Positions 30,064-42,655 are shown, counted from the first letter of the stretch. The stretch is 64,000 nt of DNA from Octopus vulgaris (GCA_951406725.2 OX597839.1:39494001-39558000), one strand, 5' to 3'. The notes: a model not told the origin generated them from the sequence alone. Numbers and translations are program-made.

Positions 30064-31169
30064 GCATCCTTTTGTCTCAGGAGACAATGGAGTTGCGCAT
30101 AAACTAATCCAGTCTGGTTTTTACATTTTATATCCTCTCCAGTTTTGCGCAGGCCTGGGCTAGATGTAAGAAAATCCTGGGTAGCCCAATCGTCAGGATT
30201 CCTCTCTCGACCTTGCTGACATAGTCCAAAGGAGTGACCCCTACCCGCTTTCTAGGTGATGCGGTGTTGGGGCAGGGAAAGCAACAGAGGTCCTGAATCT
30301 CCCACATTCAAATTGAAAGCAATTCTTGGCGAAGTCATTAAAACCCGATATGAAGAATAAGCAAGATGCATAGTATAAACCTTCCAATCACTAATCCTCA
30401 AATCTTCCCTGACGAGCATAAATAAAACAAATCATTCAATGGGCACAACGACAAAGTTAGCTATAGATGCACACAAAAAAAAACCCAAGTTAAACAGCAA
30501 TACACTAATACATCTTGTCAGGATCAATTGGCAGAATTACAGATGTGTACCCCTACTGACTTTGTGTGTAACCTTCTGAAAATTGGATATTTTAAAATGA
30601 AATTTGAACTCGGTTTAATCATATTCCACTCACAAACCATTTGTCGATCCGATGCTACTACAGAAGACACATGTGAAAAAAAAAACTACTAACCGTGCTT
30701 TGATATCGAACTCGAAATCACCAGATTTCGTTCGATGTGTGCTTCGTGTGCTTCTTAACCATACGACAAGACATGCGCCTATACCTTTGTCTAAGATCAT
30801 TGTAAATCAGTGTATCTAGAATACAGATCGATTACAATAGGTAGTATGAATCGATATGTTTAACTAAAACCGTTAACAAGCGGTGTCCAAGCCTAGCCGT
30901 GGTGCAATGACTATATGTTCGCTTTCCCTCTCTCTCTCTCGCCTTATAACTTATAGCCTTTCTCTCATACTCCAACCTTGACTTGTTTCTCGTCCACCCA
31001 CTCTTTATGCTTTCGACCTTTTAATCGCTCCTTCCACCACTATCACTCCTTTTTGTATAGTCTCTGTCTGCCTATCTGTCAGTCTGTCTGCCCCCTCCCT
31101 CTCTCTCTCTCTCTCTCTGTCCGTGTGTCTGTCTGTCTAATCATCCATTCTCTCCCTCTCTCTCACTAA

Positions 31170-31189
<20 letters not shown>

Positions 31190-31200
<11 letters not shown>

Positions 31201-31550
31201 CCCCGGGCCTTTTCCACTGATGTCTGTTCAAGGTTGTTGTTTGTTCCTTCTCGAGCCCTGCCTGGCTCATAAGGGCCGGCTTCCCGGTTTCCTTGGCGTA
31301 CAGGTTCCCCACCTGGACGGGACGCCGGTCCGTCGCTGGTGAGCCGCAAGATTTAGGAGGAAAAAGTGAGAGAAAGTTGTGGCGAAAGAGTCAGCAGAAG
31401 TTTCGCCATTACCTTCTGCCGGAGCCGCGTGGAGCTTCGGTGTTTCACTCGTAAACACACACACACACACATCACCCGGTCTGAGATTCGAACTCGCGAT
31501 TCCTCGACCGCGAGTCCGCTGCTCTAACCACTAGACCATGTGCCTGCACC
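31190..31550 (-). mobile_element. tRNA-headed SINE related to family C with a different 3' part
   Basis: Minus strand TGGTCTAGTGGTTAGAGCAGCGGACTCGCGGTCGAGGAATCGCGAGTTCGAATCTC (A and B boxes). Confidence 0.8.
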
Positions 31551-31829
31551 ACGTTCAAGGTACTTAGTAGTAATTAGTAGCAGTAATAGTTCTATGATAG
31601 TTAATTAATATTAGCAATTTTTAAAACATTAATTAATTAGGCGATGTAAAACTAAATTGATTAATTAAAGGTGATACGACTTACAGTAGATGTTGCCTGA
31701 TCAGACTCTTGTCCCATTGCAGTGTAGGTTGTAGCGATGGTGGTGGTGGTGGTGGTGGTGGTGGTAGTAGTAGTAGTAGTAGTATTAGTAGTAGTAGTAT
31801 AGGTTGCCGCTGCTCTTCCTGTTTGTCAG

Positions 31830-31835
31830 TCTGAA
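31830..31835 (+). other. Candidate 6-nt microexon (TCTGAA)
   Basis: TGC motifs plus CTCTTCCTGTTTGTCAG acceptor, then TCTGAA, then GTAAGC donor. Confidence 0.3.
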
Positions 31836-32149
31836 GTAAGCGCGTGTTGTTTACACCTGTATAGGCGGTAGTTTAAGTGTCAAATTTAGCTGTGCTTGTA
31901 ATCAACAGCAGTATCGGTGGTAGTTCTGATGATGGTGTTGGTGTTTGATAGCTAACAGAGATAAGACAGTAACGGTGGTACTAGTCTCAGCAGTAATGGT
32001 AACTATTGCTGTAGTGGTGGTGATGGTAGTAGTAGTAGTAGTAGTAGTAATAATAGTAGGTGTGGCGATAGTTGCGGAGGTAGTACTATTGGTAGTGGTG
32101 ATGATGATGGATGGAGTCGCAGTGGTTACTGGTAGTAGGAGTAGGAATG

Positions 32150-32157
32150 TAGTGTTG

Positions 32158-32209
<52 letters not shown>

Positions 32210-32544
32210 TAGTCGAAGTAGTAATAGTAGTAGTATCAATGGTAGTGGTTGTAGTAGTAGTAGAGGTGGTAGTAGTAGTAGTAGTAGTAATGATGGTTGA
32301 AGTGATAGTGGCGGTGAGAAGACTAGTAACAGTAGTAGTAGTAGTGGTGGTGGTAGTCGAAGTAGTAATAGTAGTAGTATCAATGGTAGTGGCTGTAGTA
32401 GTAGTAGAGGTAGTAGTAGTAGTAGTAGTAGTAGTAGTAATGATGGTTGAAGTGATAGTGGTGGTGAGAAGACTAGTAACAGTAGCAGTAGTAGTGGTGG
32501 TGGTAGTCGAAGTAGTATTAGTAGTAGTATCAATGGTAGTGGTT

Positions 32545-32602
<58 letters not shown>

Positions 32603-32709
32603 CAATGATAGTTGAAGTGATAGTGGCGGTGAGAAGACTAGTAACAGTAGTAGTAGTAGTGGTGGTGGTAGTCGAAGTAGTATTAGTAGTAGTATCAATG
32701 GTAGTGGTT

Positions 32710-32745
<36 letters not shown>

Positions 32746-32845
32746 ATGATGGTTGAAGTGATAGTGGCGGTGAGAAGACTAGTAACAATAGCAGTAGTGG
32801 TGGTAGTAGTCGAAGTAGTAGTATCAATGGTAGTGGTTGTAGTAG
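32150..32845. repeat. Higher-order (GTA)n-based minisatellite, ~4.5 units of 138-165 bp
   Basis: Marker GTCGAAGTA at 32212, 32356, 32506, 32671, 32809; GTGAGAAGACTAGTAAC repeated four times. Confidence 0.9.
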
Positions 32846-32979
32846 TTAGTGGTGGTGGTGAGGCTGTTCGTCGGTCCGTCTACCTTCCTAAACTTAATTT
32901 GATGGGTCAGTTTGTTTTCATATTTATACTGCAACCGCAACCGCCACAAATTAACTGTTTGTCACATCATCAAGAACAA

Positions 32980-33079
32980 TTACTACTACTACCACTACTA
33001 CTACTACTACTACTACGACTACTACGACCACCACTATTACCACCACCACCACCACTAATACCACCACCACCACCACTAA

Positions 33080-33119
<40 letters not shown>

Positions 33120-33141
33120 GTTAATACCACCACCGCCACCG

Positions 33142-33176
<35 letters not shown>

Positions 33177-33545
33177 GTTACAACTAACTACTACCACCAC
33201 CACCACCGTCACCATCACCACTACTACTGCTACGACGACCACCACCACCACTACTGCCACCGCCACCAGCACCACAACCACTACCACTACTACCACTACC
33301 GCCACCTCCAGCATCACCACCACCACACTACTACTACTACTACTACTACTACGACCACCACCACCACTACTACTACCACCACCACCACCACTACTGTTAC
33401 AACTACTACTACTACTACTACTACGACCACCATCACTACTACCACCACCATCACTACTACCCCACCATCATCACTACTACCACCACCGCCACCAGCACCA
33501 CAACTACTACCACCACTACTACTACTAATTACTAATACTACTACT
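32980..33545. repeat. (CTA/CCA)n compound microsatellite
   Basis: Direct inspection. Confidence 0.95.
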
Positions 33546-34185
33546 GTCTTTTTTTATGTTTAGGAGGTGGTGCAACCGTAGTCATCCGAAACTAACTTCC
33601 CGCCAATCACTTGCGAACACCTTCGGTCATGTCACGCCTGCAACATCACCCCCTATGTGCCCCACATCCCTCCGAGTGCTCCACATAGCTACCACGACCC
33701 TTCCCATGCACCATAACCCCCACCCCCACCACCACCACTATCCATCCTCTCCCCCACCCCACCCCGCCGAATGATTGATAGGGGGGGGGTAACGGACATA
33801 GTTTTGTTCTACGATAGTTATAATACACCCTAATAATACCCTATACACCTTCCACGCTGACACTCCGTCACCGGCGCCGCCACCTTTCTCCACCACCCGC
33901 CACTCAGCCCCTCCGGCTTACACACCACAACAACAACAACAACAACAACAACAAAACAAAGACCCCACCATCGTCATTACAACACCAACAACAACAACAT
34001 CAGCAGTTGACACACCTACTTTGCCTTGAATGTATCTCGTCCTAGTTTAGTGTTATGTATTAAATGGTTTATATACACCCCATTTCTTTAAACACACGAA
34101 CACACACTCATATACATACATATCTCTTTTTCCTCTTCCGACCTCGGCGGAATTTGAATTCAGGGGTCGATAAATGAAATACTGT

Positions 34186-34566
34186 GGAAGCACTCCGTCG
34201 GTTACGACGAGGGTTCCGGTTGATCCGAATCAACGGAACAGCCTGCTCGTGAAATTAACGTGTAAGTGGCTGAGCACTCCACAGACACGTGTACCCTTAA
34301 CGTAGTTCTCGGGGATATTCAGCGTGACACAGAGAGTGACAAGGCCGGCCCCTTGAAATACAGGTACAACAGAAACAGGAAGTAAAAGTGAGAGAAAGTT
34401 GTGGTGAAAGAGTACAGCAGGGATCACAACCATCCCCTGCCGGAGCCTCGTGGAACTTTATGTGTTTTCGCTCAATAAACACTCACAACGCCCGGTCTGG
34501 GAATCGAAACCGCGATCCTATGACCGCGAGTCCGCTGCCCTAACCACTGGGCCATTGCGCCTCCAC
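34186..34566 (-). mobile_element. SINE family C (tRNA-derived), full length
   Basis: Minus strand GGAGGCGCAATGGCCCAGTGGTTAGGGCAGCGGACTCGCGG…GGTTTCGATTCCCAGACCGGG with A/B boxes; ends …CGTAACCGACGGAGTGCTTCC. Confidence 0.9.
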
Positions 34567-34656
34567 AAACGAAATACTAGGGGTTGGCGTAATCGACCAG
34601 TTCCTTCCCCACCAAAAATTTTAGGCCTTGTGCCTCCAGTTGAAAGGATTATTAGT

Positions 34657-35530
34657 GAAGCGCCGAACTGGCTTAATGCTTAACGGGTATTTCGTCTGTC
34701 GTTACGTTCTGAGTTCAAATTCCGCCGAGGTCGACTTTGCCTTTCATCCTTTCGGGGTCGATAAATTAAGTACCAGTTACGCACTGGGGTCGATGTAATC
34801 GACTTAATCCGTGTGTCTGTCCTTGTTTGTCCTCTCTGTGTTTAGCCCCTTGTGGACAGTAAAGAAATAGGTATTTCGCCCGTTGCTACGTTCTGAGTTC
34901 AAATTCCGCCGAGGTCGACTTTGCCTTTCATCCTTTCGGCGTCAATAAATCAAATACCAGTGAAATCGACTAGTTCCCCCTTACCCCAAAGTGTTAACCC
35001 TTGTGCCTTTAGTAAAAAAGATTATTAAGGCGCTGAGTGGCAGAATTGTCAGGGCACTCGGCAAAATACTTAACGTCATTTCATCTATTCTTCATGTTCT
35101 GAGTTCAAGTTGTGTCGAGGTCGATAAATTAAGTACCATTGGGCTCTATGTAATCGACCTACCCCCACTCCCGAAATTGCTGGCATTGTGCCAAAATTTG
35201 AAAACAATGTAAATTATTATAAAAGCTGCGAACTGGCAGAATGCTTAGCGGTATTTCGCCCGCCGCAACGTTCTGAGTTCGTATTCCGCCGATGTCGACT
35301 TTGCCTTTCATCCTTTCGCGGTCGATAAACAAAGTACCAGTGAAACACCGGGCTCAATGCAATCGACTGGCCCCTTCCTCCAAAATGTCAGTCCTTAAGC
35401 CCATAACAGAAAAGAATCGTTAGCATGCCGGGCAAAATGCTTTACAGCATTTCGTCCGTAATTCACGTTCTGAGTTCAAATTCCACCGAGGTCGACTTTG
35501 CCTTTTATCCTTTTGGGGTTGATAAAATAA
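34657..35530 (+). mobile_element. Pile of SINE family B copies and fragments, including a tandem dimer
   Basis: Repeated GTTCTGAGTTCAAATTCCGCCGAGGTCGACTTTGCC; dimer junction GAAATAGGTATTTCG at ~34864. Confidence 0.85.
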
Positions 35531-35537
35531 GTACCCA

Positions 35538-35766
35538 TTTCTTTACTGCCCACAAGGGGCTAAACACAGAGTGGACAAACAAGGACAGACAAACGGATTA
35601 AGTCGATTATATCGACCCCAGTGCGTAACTGGTACTTATTTAATCGCCCCCGAAAGGATGAAAGGCAAAGTCGACCTTGGCGGAATTTGAACTCAGAACA
35701 TAAGCAGACGAAATACGGCTACGCATTTCGCCCGGCATGCTAACGTTTCTGCCAGCTCGCCGCCTT
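35538..35766 (-). mobile_element. SINE family B, full-length monomer
   Basis: Complete head to tail, inverted relative to its neighbours. Confidence 0.9.
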
Positions 35767-36064
35767 TGATAAAATAAGTACCAGCCGAATAATGGGTTCG
35801 ATGTAATCGTCTAACCCTAACCCTCACCCAAAATTGCTGGCCTTGTGCCAAAAATCTGAAATCAGTATCAATTTTTAGGGCCGGAAGTAGCAGTGTTAAT
35901 ACCAAAAGATAATCTTCATATCCAACTTAACGTGGATGCCTTGTAAGAACACCGAATGCTGCGTAATTGGCCCTTGGGAGATCCTCTCCCATAATCGCCC
36001 GGTACATAAAAGCACACACATAGATCATAGCAGACGGAATTTCTCTGTCATGGGTACCAGAATC

Positions 36065-36106
36065 CCCACATCACGTGATTTCGTTCTGTTGAGACACATC
36101 AGTGGG
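36065..36106 (-). ncRNA. Degenerate type I hammerhead-like motif
   Basis: CCCA-CUGAUG-UGUCU(CAAC)AGAAC-GAA-AUCACGUGAU-G-UGGG; 10-nt palindromic stem III; A9 and H17 non-canonical. Confidence 0.45.
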
Positions 36107-36465
36107 CAGTATCGGGTGACCACCGCAGGCCAGTCAAATCCTGCTGCTACCATATCTAGACTTTCAGAATCTTTTCAGACGCTGATGTTGCAAATAGCCA
36201 GCAAAGCCCTCTTTCTCAAGACCTCTACCTGATCCTTAATTGAATTAAAAACGTAGAATCCGTCCAATTTAACATGTCCACCTAATCCATGAGTGTCTTA
36301 AGCAGAGTGAAAAGGGGCCATGTTTCAAGAGGCAATGGATCTAGGCTAGATGTGAAATATAGACCTCATTTTCTTTGGTAAAAAGGCCTATTTTAATAGG
36401 CAATAGTTCAAGACCAGGTATAAAATATAGCCCTATTTTAATAGGCAATAGGCCCAGATCATGTA

Positions 36466-36868
36466 TGGCTGTGTGGTAAGTAACTTGCTAACCAACCACA
36501 TGGTTCTGGGTTCAGTCCAACTGCGTGGCACCTTGGGCAAGTGTCTTCTGCTATAGCTGGGCCGACCAATGCCTTGTGAGTGGATTTGGTAGACGGAAAC
36601 TGAAAGAAGCCTGTCGTATATATGTATATGTATATATATGTGTGTATGTTTGTGTGTCTGTGTTTGTCCCCCTAGCATTGCTTGACAACCGATGCTGGTG
36701 TGTTTACGTCCCCGTCACTTAGCGGTTCGGCAAAAAGAGACCGATAGAATAAGTACTGGGCTTACAAAGAATAAGTCCCGGGGTCGAGTTGCTCGACTAA
36801 AGGCGGTGCTCCAGCATGGCCGCAGTCAAATGACTGAAACAAGTAAAAGAGAAAAAAGAGTAAAAGAG
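36466..36868 (+). mobile_element. SINE family A, near full length, CpG-intact
   Basis: Head, body and (AAAAGAG)n tail; flanked by 79-bp direct repeats. Confidence 0.92.
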
Positions 36869-37316
36869 TTATTTCAATAGGCAATAGTTCAAGACCAGGT
36901 ATAAAATATAGACCTATTTTAATAGGCAATAGGCCCAAATCAGGTATGAAATATAGGCCCAATTTTACAGGCCTAGTGTAAAAGAGACGTTTCCTCAACG
37001 TAAAGAAATGAAACAAGCGAAAATCTATGAAAGCAGGCTACAGCATGGCCGCTGTCCAGTAACTGATACTGTCAAAAAAAAAAAACGATAAATAAATAAG
37101 ATAAAATAAATACACAAGTATGGTTAAGCGGGTATATTCTTTTCTAAAGAAAGGGGTGGATTAATTGTTTAAATCCGTTAAAAAAACAGGTGCAGTGTTT
37201 TCAATATAGAAGAGGTTTGTTGATATGCCCTCACTCACATCTGTCTGTCTATTCATCTGCTTATCTGTCTATCTATCTATCTACCTACCTACCTACCTAT
37301 CTACCTACCTACCTAC

Positions 37317-37383
<67 letters not shown>

Positions 37384-37433
37384 CCTTCCACTCCTTTAAA
37401 TAAATAAATAAATAAATAAAGCGCCAAATATAT

Positions 37434-38022
37434 ATTTCTTTCTTGCCCACAAGGGACTAAACATAGAGAGGACAACCAAGGACATACAAAGGGATTAAGT
37501 CGATTACATCGACCCCAGTGCGAAACTGGTACTTTTATTTATTGACCCCGAAAGGATGAAAGGCAAAGTCGACCTCGGCGGAATTTGAACTCAAAACGTA
37601 ACGACAGACGAAATACCTATTTCTTTACTACCCATAAGGGGCTAAACACAGAGGGGACAAACAAGGACAGACATAGGTATTAAGTCGATTACATCGACTC
37701 CAGTGCGTAACTGGTACTTTATTTATCGACCCCGAAAGGATGAAAGGCAAAGTCGACCTCGGCGGAATTTGAACTCAGAACGAAATACCTATTTCTTTAT
37801 TACCCACAAGGGGCTAAACACAGAGGGGACCAACAAGGACAGACATAGGTATTAAGTCGATTACATCGACCCCAGTACGTAACTGGTACTTAATTTATCG
37901 ACCCCGAAAGGATGAAAGGCAAAGTCGACCTCGGCGGAATTTGAACTCAGAACTTAACGACAGACGAAATACCGCTAAGCATTCCGCCCGGCGCGCTAAC
38001 GTGTCTGCCAGCTCGCCGCCTT
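37434..38022 (-). mobile_element. SINE family B head-to-tail trimer
   Basis: Three ~175-180-bp units, junctions at ~37615 and ~37787; only the first unit carries the 5' head. Confidence 0.92.
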
Positions 38023-38495
38023 AAAGCGCCAAATATATTCAAACAGATACGTTTCACTTTAAAAAGCGGGAAAATATTAGATGTTATACCTGCCTTTTCA
38101 ATCTCTACTTGTTTTAATAAATGGAGAGAACAAATTACAAAATTTAGCCAATTCACTCGACTAACAAGGGTCTCTGCCAGCATATTTTAGTATCAGAAAA
38201 TTGTTAAAAAAAATTTAAAACACAGAACATTTACAAAGCAATACTGAAGTGAAAAATCAATCAAAATGTATGTGACAATATGTAGAAATCATTTATTAAA
38301 TCAGATATTAACAAATAATTTTTTTTTTAATGTACGTTTGTATATTTGTTGTGCAAGATTTTTTATGTGAAGTCGTGTGTTGAAACAGATATTGTTGTAT
38401 TTCGGAATGTTTCTCCTTGCTATGTCGCTTTTCCAGTTGAGACGCACATGTCTTGGAAGTAATCGTCGACATTAAGTACAACATACGTGTGTATA

Positions 38496-38545
<50 letters not shown>

Positions 38546-38555
38546 CGCACACGCA

Positions 38556-38712
38556 CATGCTGGAGCACCGCCTTTAGTCGAGCAAATCGATCCCAGGGCT
38601 TATTCTTTGTAAGCCTAGTACTTATTCCATCGGTTTTTTTTTTGACGAACCGCTAATGTTACAGGGACGTAAACACACCAGCATCGGGTGTCAAGCGATG
38701 TTGAGGGGACAA

Positions 38713-38715
<3 letters not shown>
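38556..38715 (-). mobile_element. SINE family A fragment
   Basis: Body motifs on the minus strand. Confidence 0.8.
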
Positions 38716-38751
<36 letters not shown>

Positions 38752-38906
38752 CTTTATTTAAAGCATATTACTCTACCACTGGTATTTGAGTACTCTTTTT
38801 TCCACCTTGTTTCACATTTATGTGTTTACTCCGGTATATATATATATATATTACCACACAGCCACTCCTACGCCTATACTTACCACACACACACACACAC
38901 ACACAC

Positions 38907-38983
<77 letters not shown>

Positions 38984-39844
38984 GTCACTCTTAGCGGGAT
39001 TTTTCAGCTAGCGTCTGCGGAGGGCTAATTGGACCTGTGGTCCAAAACTGAAGAGATCAATAACAATAAATCGTTTATTGGTACCCTACTAATATGGTAT
39101 TACTTTAAATTCAAACCTACACCTAACTTTTATCTCTTACTTGAAATTTTCCACAAATATGCTTCAGATGGTGTAGATTCCGACAATATCGGAATTCGTA
39201 GTGAAAACGTTTTTTCTGATTGAGGGGCGAAGAGTTGGTTTTTGTTTCCTCATAACTTTCAGAAAAATGAGTATCTAATTATGAAATCCTCTACAAATAC
39301 CGTTCAGGTTGTGTAGATCACGACTATGCCGGGAAAAGAAGATTGACCGGCCGGCAGACATACATACTAACACATATGACCCATTTTCTTTTCCCAAAAT
39401 TTCAACTTTCATTTTGTGAATATATATGTGACCTGTGTCAGTATGTATGAGTGCGGACCCTAAGAACTACGTTAAAAGTATACGCATCTGTGGAATACTC
39501 AGTCACTTGCACGATAATTTCAGGAGCGGGCTGCCCCGTTGATCGTCTCAACTGGAACCCTTATCGTTGTAACCAACGGAAGGCCAGTTCTGCAAGCCTA
39601 CCATTTTTTTTTTCATTTGAAATTCCGATATAATTGGCACCTACATCATCTGAAAAATAGTTATAATGTTACGGGCTTCCATACAGTCTTCGTCGACCAA
39701 ATTTACTCACAAGCCGTTGGACCACCCAGGGAAATCCTTACAAAGTGACTCAAGGGCTAAAAGTTTCGTGTACGCCATGTTATATAACGCATCTAAGTAT
39801 GTATCGGCTTGCAAGTTTCATTATTTCTACATCTTTTCACACTT

Positions 39845-40130
39845 AAATATTTAAGAGATGAGGAATTATATACGTTATTTACATTTGACGGATATTTCCC
39901 ATCATCTTGTTTGTTGTTAACACAATGTTTCGGCTGATGTACCCTCCAGCCTTCATGCGGTGTCTTGGGGAAATTTCGAACCTGAGTTCTCATTCCCAAG
40001 ATATTTTTCGATGTTATTATTATTATTATTGTTGTTGTTGTTATTATTATTGTTCAGGTCACTGCTAGGAATCGAACTCGGAATCTTGGGGTTAGTAACC
40101 CGCGCTCTTAACCACTACGCCATATGCCCG
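39845..40130 (-). mobile_element. tRNA-headed element with hammerhead-like tail (copy 1, intact Pol III boxes)
   Basis: A box TGGCGTAGTGG, B box GAGTTCGATTCC, (AAT/AAC)n spacer, then GACAC-CGCATGA-A-GGCTG…CAGCC-GAAACATT-GTGTT (39919-39964). Confidence 0.8.
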
Positions 40131-40203
40131 CGGGCATAGTGGTTAAGAGCGCGGGCTACTAACCCCAAGATTCCGACATCGATTCTAGGCAGTGACCTGA
40201 GTA

Positions 40204-40252
<49 letters not shown>

Positions 40253-40400
40253 TAAACATCGAAAAATACCATAGAAATGAGAACCCAAGTTCGAAATTTC
40301 CCCAAGACACCTGATAAAGGCTGAAGGGTATATCAGCCGAAACGTTGTGTGAACAACAAAGAAGATGAGGACAAAGATCCGTCGAATGTAAATAATGTAT
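40131..40400 (+). mobile_element. tRNA-headed element with hammerhead-like tail (copy 2, inverted, 3'-truncated)
   Basis: Mirror of copy 1; motif GACAC-CTGATAA-A-GGCTGA…TCAGCC-GAAACGTT-GTGT at 40306-40351. Confidence 0.8.
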
Positions 40401-40579
40401 CTTACCACACATATGCACACATACAAATACACACACACACACACACATTAATCTATGACTCTGTGTGTGTGTGTGTTTCTGTGTATACAAACATGTGCGC
40501 ATATGCCTATGTGTTTATGAATGCAAGCAGCATGTATGTATGTATGTATGTATGTATGTATGTATGTACGTATGTATAT

Positions 40580-40978
<399 letters not shown>

Positions 40979-42015
40979 CTGTTTACATTTATATTATAAA
41001 AAATTATGCACAGATGTCTAAGTAGGGACAAAATGAAAAGAACTCAATACCTGGTGTAGATATGCAATTCACGTTGATGAATATCTTGACAGGGTTGTGT
41101 TAGACGTCGATTAAAATGCTCGGTGCAACCTAATGCTGTGAAAGAGTGTCGGGCTGTTTGCCGCCAAATATTTCTAATTTACTTCCTGAAGTGGCAGACC
41201 AACCTTGCTTGAAACATGAACGGACAGGCATGGGCGTGTCCACACACACACCCACGCAAATACGCGCGCGCGCGTTCACACACACAAACACAGATATTAA
41301 CACATACAGATAGGAAAACACGCACACAAACACACACACGCACAAAATACACACACATACGCACGTACGCACACGCACACACGCACGTATGCGCGCACAC
41401 ACACACACAAACACGCACACAAAAACACACACAAACACAGACACAAACACACACAGATACGCACACGCACACACACACATACGCACGCACTCACACATAC
41501 GCACGTACGCACACACACGCACGTATGCGCACACACACAGACAAAAACACACACACAAACACACACACATACGCACGCACGCACGCACATACACACACAC
41601 AGATGCACACACAAACACACACACACATACACACAAACATACATACAGCCATACACATATACAGATATAAATGTATACAGACACTAATAGACATACAGCC
41701 AAATACTTATTTCTTTATTGCCCACAAGGGGCTAAAAACAGAGGGGACAAACAAGGACAGACATGGCTATTAAGTCGATACAGCCAAACACATATACAGA
41801 TATAAATGTAAACACACACTAAGAGATATACAGTCAAATACCTACACACATCCATTCAGATATACGGATACAAATACATATATACCCCTTGAGATGTACA
41901 GTCGAACACATACACACATGCAAGCATATAAACGCATACAAATGTATATATATACACACAGAGACGTACAAACTCACACATACACCCACATATACAGGTA
42001 TGAATGCATATACAC

Positions 42016-42170
42016 AGGAGTGGCTGTGTGGTAAGTAGCTTGTTTACCAACCACATGGTTCCGGGTTCAGTCCCACTGCGTGGCACCTTGCACAAGTGTC
42101 TTCTACTATAGCCTTGGGCCGACCAAAGCCTTGTGAGTGGATTTGGTAGACGGAAACTGAAAGAAGCCCG

Positions 42171-42233
<63 letters not shown>

Positions 42234-42655
42234 TGCAGGAGTGGGTGTGAGGTAAGTAGCTTGTTTACCAACCACATGGTTCCGGGTTCAGTCCCACTGC
42301 ATGACACCTTGGGCAAGTGTCTTCTACTATAGCCTCGGGCCGACCAAAGCCTTGTGAGTAGATTTGGTAGACGGAAACTGAAAGAAGCCCATCGTATATA
42401 TGTATATATATATATCTATATATATATATGCGTGTGTGTGTTTGTGTGTTGGTGTTTGTCCCCCTAGCATTGCTTGACAACCGATGCTGGTGTGTTTATG
42501 TTCCCCGTCACTTAGCGGTTCGGCAAAAAGAGACTGATAGAATAAGTACTGGGCTTACAAAAGAATAAGTCCCGGGGTCGAGTTGCTCGATTAAAGGCGG
42601 TGCTCCAGCATGGCCGCAGTCAAATGACTGAAACAAGTGAAAGAGTAAAAGAGTA
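42016..42655 (+). mobile_element. SINE family A: 5' half followed by a full copy
   Basis: Head repeated at 42016 and ~42236, separated by (TA)n. Confidence 0.9.

Noticed and set aside
30058-30260. Possible RTE-like retroelement 3' end next to (TA)n
   Set aside because: Resemblance is from memory only, with no second copy or ORF in the window to support it.
31945-33528. 527-aa ORF (poly-V/L/P/T)
   Set aside because: Reading frame kept open by trinucleotide microsatellites; no domain or splice support. The Thr-rich minus frame has the same origin.
40053-40200. tRNA genes (also heads at ~34490-34566 and ~31475-31550)
   Set aside because: A/B boxes are present, but acceptor and anticodon stems do not close and each continues into a repeat body; these are SINE heads.
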